A DNA stretch of 61,350 nt, the filler included, from Hausera hauseri (lineage: Eukaryota): the NCBI GenBank assembly GCA_046269625.1. It is 7 parts of 7 records of this genome, joined end to end, with 100 filler letters (N's around TTAATTAATTAA, not from the genome) between each part and the next. Parts side by side here need not be neighbours in the genome. Positions count along the whole stretch, not along the records: positions 46,546 to 52,790 come from JBJURY010120651.1; positions 52,891 to 56,979 come from JBJURY010769317.1; positions 57,080 to 61,350 come from JBJURY010665663.1; 4 more parts are not named here. One strand, 5' to 3'. Below the pieces are notes generated by a model that was not told the origin of the DNA, searched no databases, and saw only the letters and a list, made by a program, of their open reading frames with translations. The position numbers and the translations under genes were made by a program. This document shows positions 51,670 to 61,350 of the stretch, piece after piece (position 1 is the stretch's first letter; each line of letters opens with the position of its first letter).

Positions 51670-52482
51670 ATGAAATATTCCTTCTATGACAAATTATTAG
51701 AACATTTGGATGGTTCAGAAGATCGCATCAGTGAAGTTACCAGAATACCCAATGGACTTAAATACGGGGAGCAACGAAATCGAGAGATACTGCCTTTCAA
51801 GATATTTAATTCTGAGACTACATTTAGACTTCCTCAGTGGACTTCAAATAACTTAGGTATAACCATTCATATTGCCGTAGGAAAAGTCATGGCAGTATTT
51901 AGAAAAATTAAAGAAAGAAAAAACGGATTAGAAATAATAACAGGTCAGGAATCCTGCCAAATCAATTACCCAGTGGATCCAACACGTACTCGACTTATAG
52001 CCAAAGAAATATTGAATATCGGAATGATTGAAATCTTCAGAGCCGAAAAGGAACTTCCAGTATTACTACCTTTGAGATACAAAGTTGAACCGGCGGAAAG
52101 GGAGATGTTGGAAGAACCAAACATTTTATACACTAATAAATCAAATAGTACTCGATGTGGCCGATCTTTCGCTTACAGACACAAATCCAATGGATCGCAA
52201 GTTCCACTTCCAATTGAAATAATTATTGCTGAAAGATACGGAGAAATCATATTCAACCAGATAATAGCTCCTAGAAGAACCACTCATAACCTAAGTAACA
52301 TAAAACATGGAATAACTTGGGATAAAATTGAGAATAGCAAGGATTCTCGAGTGGTTCAGAATGAAACTCAGAAATATATCCTAGGATATAAAATAGTGAT
52401 ATTGCAGGCCCACAAAACTTTTAAGGCTTTGTGCATCCCAGTAAACAAGGCCTCCACAATCTTTGACCCATTAAAAATGTGA
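51670..52482 (+). CDS. Accessory ORF with C-terminal REX4/ISG20-like (DEDDh) exonuclease-fold domain, catalytic residues apparently lost
   Basis: IIIAERYGEIIFNQIIAP...HGITWDKIENSKDSRVVQNETQKYILGYKIV...KTFKALCI parallels the REX4-family pattern VSIVN..GEV.YD.YVKP...SGIT...L..A..F..VQ.EV..LL.G.ILVGH...DL.AL. Confidence 0.6.
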   Translation: MKYSFYDKLLEHLDGSEDRISEVTRIPNGLKYGEQRNREILPFKIFNSETTFRLPQWTSNNLGITIHIAVGKVMAVFRKIKERKNGLEIITGQESCQINYPVDPTRTRLIAKEILNIGMIEIFRAEKELPVLLPLRYKVEPAEREMLEEPNILYTNKSNSTRCGRSFAYRHKSNGSQVPLPIEIIIAERYGEIIFNQIIAPRRTTHNLSNIKHGITWDKIENSKDSRVVQNETQKYILGYKIVILQAHKTFKALCIPVNKASTIFDPLKM

Positions 52483-52616
52483 AAATACTATGGACAATAC
52501 AATTAAAACGTTAAGTAAGTTGATAGAGTTTTCAAAAATTACTAGATTTCCCAGTACCACCAGAGGACGATTACAGCTTAGTAGTGTAAATATGGCGGTT
52601 CTACACCACTCCGGGG

Positions 52617-52790
52617 TGTGGTAATCGATAAATCGTTTTTGCACATGTGCCGCCAGGTACCGTTGCTAGGCGCATTTTTGCACTTTTCACAAATCAACCG
52701 CTGCATACTGCATTATTGATCGAATCGATCGGGACAAAGTGCTAATCGATAGTACACATCAGTGCACATCGACTTATGCTCAGTTCAGGT
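52617..52790 (+). repeat. Possible start of 3' LTR
   Basis: TGTGGT after a short GGGG tract where coding-like sequence ends; no partner LTR available. Confidence 0.3.
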
Positions 52791-52890
52791 NNNNNNNNNN
52801 NNNNNNNNNNNNNNNNNNNNNNNNNNNNNNNNNNTTAATTAATTAANNNNNNNNNNNNNNNNNNNNNNNNNNNNNNNNNNNNNNNNNNNN
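52791..52890. other. Assembly gap/linker
   Basis: Same 100-nt spacer. Confidence 0.99.
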
Positions 52891-53250
52891 AGCAATGTGA
52901 ATTACATCAGTTTGGGTCGGAATGCGGATTTCGTTGAGACATACAAGCAGGATTTCGAGACCGGTGACAATGTTTGTACATATATGCAATCTATCGTGCG
53001 CAACATGGGTTTGCTAAACAAAAATATCAACAATGGCGTATCAATGGATTTGATCTAGTGCACCTATCCATTCTTCACCTTTGTCCTGGCTCCGGATTAT
53101 GACGTTGAACAGACTCAATTACTTCAACAGGGAAACTTGAGACTGGAGGTTCACTTTGCTAAAGCGTTGGAGCAATCTACCGTGATGCACATTTACGGTG
53201 TATTTGATGCCGAGGTTGAGGTAACGAAAAACAGAACCGTCATTGTATAA
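52891..53250 (+). pseudogene. Polinton major capsid (hexon-like) C-terminal 120 codons; absent from ORF track
   Basis: Single frame: NVNYISL...YKQDFE...NNGVS..*..FFTFVLAPD...QQGNLRLEVHFAKAL...IYGVFDAEVEVTKNRTVIV*, with AATAAA at the stop. Confidence 0.85.
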
Positions 53251-53327
53251 ATAAAATCCGCTGCGTTTCACCTTTTCTTCGTCTTCATTGTACTACGAAG
53301 TAATCTATTTCGATAACTACTACTATT

Positions 53328-53704
53328 ATGCTTAATTCACATTTTACATTTAGCTCCACTGAGCTTAGTCACTAAGAAAAACTGCTCTTGGGCGCGAAAT
53401 TTCGTGACATGTTTTCACTTGAGTGTGTGCCGCGTGATTTACGATAAACTGGTGGATTTATTGTCAATATACAAACTTCATCTTTGCCGGGAGAACATTG
53501 GATTGCTGTGTACGTCCATCCGACAATCGTCAGAGTATTCAATCCGCTCGGATTTTACTATCCATCATCGTTAGCTTCTCAAACTGAAAGGCAGTCATTA
53601 TCTCCATACAGCGTTGAATATAATAGACTTCATTATCAACATCAATGATTATACTATGTGGACAATACTGCTTATTGTGCCTTACATTACAATCACTTTT
53701 GTAA
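53328..53704 (+). pseudogene. Adenain-like (peptidase C5-type) cysteine protease; absent from ORF track
   Basis: FRDMFS...FIVNIQTSSLPGEHWIAV...VFNPLG...YN...Q...CGQYC; His and Cys present, Asp position is Asn; several stops. Confidence 0.85.
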
Positions 53705-54329
53705 AAAACGTTTTATGAAATATACTTTATTTTGTTGCTGTTGCTGATGCTTTTGGTTTGTGTGTGTAATGAAATTCCGTTACGAAAATCGATTATCGGT
53801 TTTAAGCAAAAAACATAAAACTTGAAATGTGACATTTTACAATTATCATGATGATAATGATTTTCAACGACGATTTTCAACACCTTACAATCGTCTGATC
53901 GTGAGGCGGCTATAATATGAAATGCTCAACCATCGATGGGCTACGTGCTCAAACCATTTCCACCACCGCCTGACGTCTGCAAGGGGAAATTTTGCCCATT
54001 TGAAATTTCCCCATCGATTTTTCCCCATGTTCCCATGGTCAAACAACGTTGCAACCGTGTCCATTCCAATCGCCAATATCGATTTACCATTGTACACATT
54101 TTCTGAGTGCTAGCAACATGTTTCCCGTTATACGTGACACATTTCCCATTTTGCTTCTTCCTCTTCTAGCGCCTCTCCCTTACATTTAGGTATACCCCAC
54201 CTATATTAACTTTTGCCCACCTCGTCACGCGCTATTGATATCACTTGGGCCAGTCCATTACTCGATCTCCTTTTCGGCCATGAGGGAGGAATAGACAAGC
54301 AGGTTGATAAAAGTGGTTTTCCGACCAAT

Positions 54330-54600
54330 CACAGAAGTAATATTGCTGTTGATAGAACACTAGAAGTGACTGATTGTTGTTGAGAAATGCACGGTTTCAC
54401 GAAATTAAGATTTCTGTTTGTTACCAGGCTTGGACGACCGGAATGTTGTTTCCTATTCAGGTTTCCATTCATTTTATACATGTTATGCAACACATGATTT
54501 CGAAATGCCCACTTTAGTAGCAATTTTTCTTATGGATAAGCAATCCTTAAAATATGCTTGAATTACGCCTATTGATTCTCTATTTGACAAATTCGCGTAT
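54330..54600 (-). pseudogene. Tc1/IS630-like transposase N-terminal HTH remnant
   Basis: LSIRKIATKVGISKSCV then GNLNRKQHSGRPSLVT (GRPR-like). Confidence 0.65.
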
Positions 54601-55089
54601 TTAGAAAAATAAATTCGAAAATTAAAATTAAAATTGATTTTGCATAAAGACGTAATTTAAACATAAAATCCAAAGTTCAAAGTTTCGTTCACGTGACACA
54701 TTAAAACTCGCAGAGAAATACATCTATTCTATGTTTCGATTTGACACGGTTGGAGAGTTATCCATAATTTTTGTTCCACGAAGGAAACTGCATTATGTAC
54801 AACTCCTTCGAAGTCTCATTTCGTCATCAGATTTTGACATGGTTGTATTCTATGGAGCATGCGAGACATTCCATCTCGATACAAATTCATTCCTATACCT
54901 GTTGAACATGACGGTTATTACGAAAACATCTTTATACAGAAGATAAAAAAGAATATCATACGAATAAACTACTCTGTTCTGTTTTTATTCTATGCATTTT
55001 TTATTTTATATTTCAATAATGATACTTATTAAAACCTATGAACGTACCTTTTCTGATGATATCTCAAGTTCACATAACCTTATCTACAT

Positions 55090-55870
55090 TAGGGTTTCTT
55101 CCCAGGAACGCTTTCCCGGTCAATCCCGGGATTTTTTTACAAATTACCGATCCCGAATCCCGATGCTATTTTCCCGAAAAATTGCGAATTGTTAATAAAT
55201 TGATATATCTATTTTAAAATGTTTTAAAACAATGAGAATAACGATGAAAATGTTTTAATTTTCCTAAACTACTTAAACAAGCATATCTAAATCGTTGCTG
55301 AAAGGCTTTGTATAAAGAGTTCACTACAGGAGAATGTTCAAAAACTTTGGAGGAGACAGGTTCCGAGGAAATAGATTTGAAAGTAGAATTAAATAAATCC
55401 ATTTTATAATCAACATTAACTTGTAACACTACATCAATGGATAAAATAGCGTGCTCAATAAAAAGAAATGACCTTATATAAATCTAGTCACATACTGACT
55501 ACGAATTTAAAATATGTATTAAATGCTCTAATGACGATGAAACCAAAATCAATTGAAAACGAAAGATATTTTTCAACCTCAAGAATATTTGTTTCTAAAT
55601 TAAGACCACAACTATCTGATCAATAATTGATGCTTTGTTTTAAAAATTTGTCTTTTTGAATTTATTTTGTGGATTTTGAACTTTAAACGTGACCAGTAAT
55701 CGATGAATACGAAACATTTTAAATTTTAAACATTGAAATAGAATGTTTATGTGAACCTTTAATTCAAACTTTTAAACATCAAAAAATGAAGACACGAAAT
55801 CTCGGTATTCAATCGATCCTGTTCCCGATTCCCCAGACTGTTGCAAAAACCCGAGAATTGGGAAACCCTA
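55090..55870. mobile_element. Non-autonomous hAT-type DNA transposon, 781 bp
   Basis: TIR TAGGGTTTC...GAAACCCTA; exact 8-bp TSD ATCTACAT at 55082-55089 and 55871-55878; subterminal CCCG repeats at both ends. Confidence 0.88.
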
Positions 55871-56979
55871 ATCTACATTAATATTAACAAAATAGTAATA
55901 TCAGAATAAAAATTATTGAAAATGACAACACAAAATATTTAAAGTTCATGTTGATTATATATTTAAAGTTAAATAATATAAATAAACAAGAAAATCAATC
56001 TCTACTATAACAAACATTGTAATATAGTTCAAAAACGGAATATATTAGAATTAAGAGTTACTATCCTTAAACTTTTTCGCAGCTATGCATAGAACAGTAA
56101 CATCTTACCGTGAATAAAAAATGTAAATTAGTTTGCTCTTAACTAGAAATGTATCAATTCTCGATTATAACTCATGTGATATCGGCATTCTTGCACAAGT
56201 GTTTCCTGACTATGGTACTTAAAAATACACAAATTTGGAATGTTCCGATTGAATAAAATAATGAACAGATCAAGGTTAACAACTTCACTTTTGGAAAGTA
56301 TTAATATAGAGCTTCGTATAAGAATAAATGTTACCTTATGGTATACAACGTGAAACGTTTGATTGTCTCCTTTATAAGCGTCGCTCATTTGAACCACGGA
56401 CTCAAGAAATGAAATTAACGGATGGGCCAACGTAATCATATTCTCTGTCTGGGTTAAATCATCTGTACATTCTGAGAGATAGTTCTGTAAATCTGCTTTC
56501 TCTTCCGGACTGTATCTCGGTATAAATTTAACACAAAATGTATGACCTTTTACTTAACGTTTTCCTTCAACCGTTCTCCGACTTCCTGAATTATTTTTAT
56601 TAGGTTCTCTTTCCAAACATCCATATGCATTCGCTCTCTATTCAGCTGAATAAGCATGATGTACAGTTCATCGTTCTATTAGAACAGTAATGATTTATCT
56701 TCAATAAAAATAGTTCAACTGTTTTTCCAATCAAATCGGTTGCTGCTATACTCCATCTTTTCGTCTTATCCGTAATGGGATATTTCTTTTTTAACTGTTC
56801 CAGTGGGATTGTTTCCTAAAATTAAATATAATGTTTTTAAGCATTTTTGTCTGGAATAATATTGCATACAAAGGCCGTGTACAGTAAGATATTGTACATC
56901 CCATAATTTAATTCCATAACGTTTAAAACGATCTTTTCTAATTTGTTTAACAAGACCAATGGGTAGTTGTGCTGAAAGT

Positions 56980-57079
56980 NNNNNNNNNNNNNNNNNNNNN
57001 NNNNNNNNNNNNNNNNNNNNNNNTTAATTAATTAANNNNNNNNNNNNNNNNNNNNNNNNNNNNNNNNNNNNNNNNNNNN
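56980..57079. other. Assembly gap/linker
   Basis: Same 100-nt spacer. Confidence 0.99.
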
Positions 57080-58080
57080 TTAAGGAATGCGGTAATATTG
57101 GTGAAATAGTGGTCTGGACACGGTTTCCACTTTTAATTTTTGTAGCAAGTAATGGTATTAATACGACAAGTTGTACGGTGGCATTAAATAACGTAAAATT
57201 GTTAAAACCATGTGTAGTAAAGATTAGTCGAACATTACCGGAACTAGTATTTAACACCGTAGTGCAATAATTTTTCGTAATCACAATTTTATTAAAATTG
57301 ATATTTTTAACACTGTACAACTGAGTCATGACACAGTACTTTTGTTGCTCAATGATACGGGCCTAATAAGATTGTGATCATATCTATATCTTACCGTATA
57401 AAAATCCAGGGCACTCTATAAGTTACCTTTAGTTTATCATCCAGTGTTGTTGATACTCTCCCACAAATATTCTCCTGATAAATTTACCGGTTTAGGTTGT
57501 GTTCGAATCCATTGGAAATTTACATATCGGCGAAGATTGCCTATGCGACAACTATGTTCTAACCAGACTGATTAGGTGTATTTAAACCCACGTTGATATT
57601 CGAATATCGATTTAGAGGTCTCCCCTTGTTTTCTAATTATGAGTGGGCATTTTCGTCCGGCCGAAGCGACTTGTAATTGTATTCCTCTATGGTTCTTGGA
57701 CCAATATATTAAAATCGGGATTACCTTTTGATATATAAACGTCGAGACCTTTAGTAATTCTGAATTCCATCTCCTGATTTGTACATCATTTACCGATTCT
57801 TCAATTACTTGCTGTATTGTTCCTTCATCCGGGTGTTCATAGTAGCAGTGGCCTCCTGGTGGTCTAAGCTCACAGTAGAATCGTTGGTTGCGCTGATGAC
57901 CTTGTATAATAAAAATTCCAATCTTAATATCATTAGGAATATCTCATACAAACGTATATAAACGTAATTCATTTCTCTGCCTAATCCACCTCTACTGAAT
58001 ATTTACTTTATGCGATACTGAGCATAAGCGCATAAGCAAACAAAACGTATACAGTATAGAAAGCTTCGGTACACCCTAAT
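57080..58080 (-). pseudogene. Decayed post-integrase ORF, probable homologue of the env-like region at 49592-50835
   Basis: Hydrophobic start FYTVYVLFAYALMLSIA; ATG-less open frame 57572-57943; collinear motifs FKYT*SVWLE, NNT, YCVMTQLYSVK; several N-glycosylation sequons. Confidence 0.55.
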
Positions 58081-58239
58081 TTGTTAAAGCTAACCCATTT
58101 CTGACCCGGGTAATGCCTGCTCCTTCAGGTATTTCCGCCTCTAAATTTAAAGGATCCTATTTACATCGGTCTGCAGCGACAGTTATGATTTTTTCTCGTT
58201 TCCTCACTTTCTTTCGTATAAAAATATTTGTCTCTAATA

Positions 58240-59250
58240 TTTTCAACTTTATAAGGGCCTTTCCACGGATGGGTTAATTTTGGGGACTTACCTTTTTTAC
58301 TGCCGGTTCCAGTAGCATCACTAAGTCATCTTGTTTAATTGAATGAGGACGTGCCTTTTTATTGCAATTATCCTTACATGTTTTCTGGTAATCAAGTGTT
58401 AATGATTGCGTCAAGGCCCACGCTTTTGTCAACCGTTCTTTCAAGTATTTTATATAACTTAGCTCATATTTCGTCAAAGTCTCATCTGGAATTATTTTCA
58501 GATCTTTCGGCAGTAGGAGATCACGTCCATACATAAGGAAGAATGATGGTTGTTGAGTGGCTGTATATGGTGCAGTTCGTAACGCTACATACATGCTAGG
58601 ATAAACAAGTCCCATCATCTTGCTTATCATCCGTTACCGTTGCCAACATTGATAACAATGTGCTGTTTAATCGTTCGATCATACCGTCACAACAGGGGTG
58701 ATAAGCTGCGGTTTTGAGCTTATACAACAAACAACCGACAAACTTCTTGAAACATCTTATTTATAAATTCCGTTCCTTGGTCTGTTAATATTTTATTGGG
58801 AGCACCGTACTTGAACACTGTTTCCTCGACAAATAATGCTGCAACAGCAAAAGCTGATTTATTAATAATTGGAAACGCCTCCGGGAACCTGGTCAAGTAA
58901 TCGACAAACACCAATATGTACTGGTTCCCACTTTGCGTTTTTGGTAGCGGCACGATTATGTCCATCGTTGAAAATTCCATTGAACTCGCTGGTGGTGGTA
59001 TCGGATGTAGTGGGGACTTACATTTGTATCCCCTATTCCGCCTTGTCGCACATCTTACAACTTGCACACCATTGTTCAACGTCATTTTGAACTGTGCGCC
59101 AGTAATATTTTCGTTTAATTCGACCCAAGGTCCTGTATGCAGGATTGCCTGCCAACAAACCGTCAAGTTCCCATTGCATAATCTTGACTCACCAGGATTC
59201 TTGTATTGCTACTAGTTGCCAATTATTGTGCCAGTAGCGTACTAATTAAG
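58240..59250 (-). pseudogene. Gypsy integrase
   Basis: KYYW, MDIIVPLP, VDYLTRFPEAFP, LTDQGTEF, YHPCCDGMIER, FFLMYGRD, WKGPYKV. Confidence 0.92.
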
Positions 59251-59499
59251 ATGCAATACGGTATTTCGCACCTTGATTTATCAGATGTTGGATCAGTTCC
59301 TTACTAGAGGTATTAATCTTTCGTGTTCGTACAAATTCTCTGATTACGCGCAGTTCGGAATCTTGTTCTTGTTGATTAATTAGCATTTGAATTTCATTAT
59401 CCGGAATATGTGCCGTAGTTGTTTGAAAAATCATCAATTGCGATATATGTTTTGACTCATATCCTTTCTTTAAACGTTCTAGTTCCTCAATTGTAGCAG

Positions 59500-60787
59500 G
59501 CCTGCGTGATAATCCGTCCGCATTTCTATTGCTCTTTCCAGCTCGATAAAATATAGTCAAATATATGCTTGCAATTTAAGTTGCCACCGTTTTAGTCTTG
59601 AGTATGGGTCTTTCACTGTTGACAAACCCAGTGATGCGTGGTCTGTAAAAACTTTCACTTCGTTCTCCTATACATAATATCGGAGCTTATCCATTTCAAA
59701 GACAATAGCCAACATCTCCTTTTCTATTACGGCACATTTTTGTTAGGCTTCTGACAATGTTCTGCTTGCATAAGCAATTACCAATTCCTATTTGGTATTT
59801 GGCGGCATCTGTGATAATACAGCTCCCACTCCTGTGTTACTTGCGTCAGTAAATATAATGAACGGCAGCAATAAATCCAGGTACCTGAGTATTGGTGCTG
59901 ACGACAACAATTTTTTTAGTGTCAAACGATTCGTGAGTTTCCATCATTCATAAGAATTTAGTTTCTTCGAGCGTTAGCTCAAACAATGAGACTGCTGTTG
60001 TACTGAAATTTGGAATGTGCTTTCTGTAATAACCACAGATACTTTCTCTGGATTCACTTCTACGCCTTTAGCAGAAACATTATGTCCAAGGAAAACTACT
60101 TTCAATATGGCAAATGCACACTTATGTTTCGGCTTGATTCCCCATACTTACAACAAGTCAAGAATTCTTTCGATATCATCTAAATGTTCATCCAGTGTCT
60201 GCCAAAATATCACAATATCATCGATTTAAACTTGCGTGCGTACAGTCTATCAACATAGCCTCTAAGGCTTCTTAGAACGTAGAAGGTGCATTGCATAATT
60301 CAATGGGCATTACATTGAACTCATTATAACCTTTACCAGCGGAAAATGCTGTCTTATATTTGTCTTCCTCGTCTAGTGGGACTTGCCAGTACGCACTATG
60401 CATATCAATCGTCATAAAACATTTTGAGCCTCTTAACTTATCAAATGTGTCTTCCTGCGGGTATGAATTCTTTACTGTTTGACTATTTAACTGTTGAAAA
60501 TCCACACAAATTCTGGCTCCACCAACCTTTTTCACTGTTACTACAATTGACGATAGCCACGAAGAATTGCTTTTTCTAATGACATCATTTTCCAACATCT
60601 GTTGCAACTGACGAGTGACTTCTTGCAACACATATGGAACACGATGCGGTCGTTGTTTTACCGGTCGTTCATTTAGCAAAGGAATGTGATGGACTATGCG
60701 ATCCGTTTCACCAAGATCTATGTCGGACTTAGCAAAAATCTTTAGGTGCTTCCTAAGAACACACAGTAGAAGTATTTTGTCTTCCAA
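59500..60787 (-). pseudogene. Gypsy RT and RNase H
   Basis: RICVDF, IDMHSAYWQV, FNVMP..LCNAPSTF, IDDIVIF, FLGH, FTDASNTGVGAVL, FTDH, NADGLSR. Confidence 0.93.
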
Positions 60788-61350
60788 TTAGATCAGTTTT
60801 TACATTACCCGCATCTTCAAACGTACGGACACATTCCTCAGACTCGGTGATGTGCCATATTGCACATAGTTGCCCAATAGTTGCATTTGGTCTGGGTACA
60901 ACTGCTTGTCTATCGGTATTCACTACTCGAACTGGTAAGTAACTTTCATTGATGGGACTAATACTGCATGCAGCTTTTATTCCATGCCGGTTATTTAATA
61001 CAACATCAGTTTCAAATAGCAAAGTTCCATTTACTACGTTTGGTGCATAGATTTGTATTATGTGCTCACTGGTAGGTTCCAAAATGATTCCTTCCTGTAT
61101 GATAACTACTTTTTTTCGAAACTTTATGGATGGTATCCAAGCTGTCCTGTAGCTAGGTTTAATATCGTCCTGAGCGTCTACGTTGTAAATCAAGTCCCAC
61201 AATTACATCCTCGACCAGTTTGTCAAATACTTTGAATGTATGCCTCAAGCGTTTGTTATAAAGAATAATCTGAGTCGTCCAATAACCTACCTGCATTGAT
61301 CTGCCGCCCCAACCGCATACGTCGCTTAGTCCTCTTTCCTGGGTGGTTCC

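Larger units (their letters stand above)
46546..52790 (+). mobile_element. Decayed Ty3/Gypsy LTR retrotransposon 2 with ~3-kb accessory ORF region
   Basis: gag knuckles, RT, RNase H, integrase in Gypsy order, followed by sense-strand ORFs. Confidence 0.93.
57080..61350 (-). mobile_element. Decayed Ty3/Gypsy LTR retrotransposon 3 (protease end, RT, RH, INT, post-INT ORF)
   Basis: EDVIVGLD protease tail at ~61190-61220, then RT, RNase H and integrase motifs in order. Confidence 0.94.

Noticed and set aside
25603-56979. Polinton terminal inverted repeats
   Set aside because: No convincing AG-repeat termini or long inverted pair found; fragments end at gaps or other insertions
57660-57770. Similarity of ELLKVSTF...W.KNHRGIQLQVA to EILPFKIF...WTSNNLGITIHIA in ORF 51670
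   Set aside because: Single short match; the multi-motif collinear match to ORF 50002 fits position better

Overview
Repeat-rich metazoan (probably invertebrate) DNA made of 7 contig pieces joined by six artificial 100-nt spacers (N44-TTAATTAATTAA-N44), so adjacency across gaps is unproven. No intact host gene is visible. (1) 1-25502 is a diverged satellite with a ~48-bp monomer; its many listed ORFs are translation artefacts. (2) Three contigs (25603-31069, 39734-46445, start of 52891-56979) hold decayed Polinton/Maverick (adintovirus-like) genes that together cover the virus-like core: pPolB, integrase, packaging ATPase, two penton-like genes, major capsid C-terminus and adenain-like protease. 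They also carry accessory genes: TBP-like, dUTPase, a DnaQ-like gene in two copies and an orphan family in two copies, most with TATA boxes and AATAAA signals. (3) Three decayed Ty3/Gypsy LTR retrotransposons (31170-39633 -, 46546-52790 +, 57080-61350 -). Two appear to share a non-canonical env-like ORF after integrase, and one adds a membrane ORF and a REX4/ISG20-like exonuclease-fold ORF. (4) A 781-bp hAT-type non-autonomous element with an 8-bp TSD and a Tc1-like remnant. Best novelty candidates are the Gypsy 3' accessory cassette and the Polinton-encoded TBP-like gene. All family calls come from motif recognition by eye; no searches were run.
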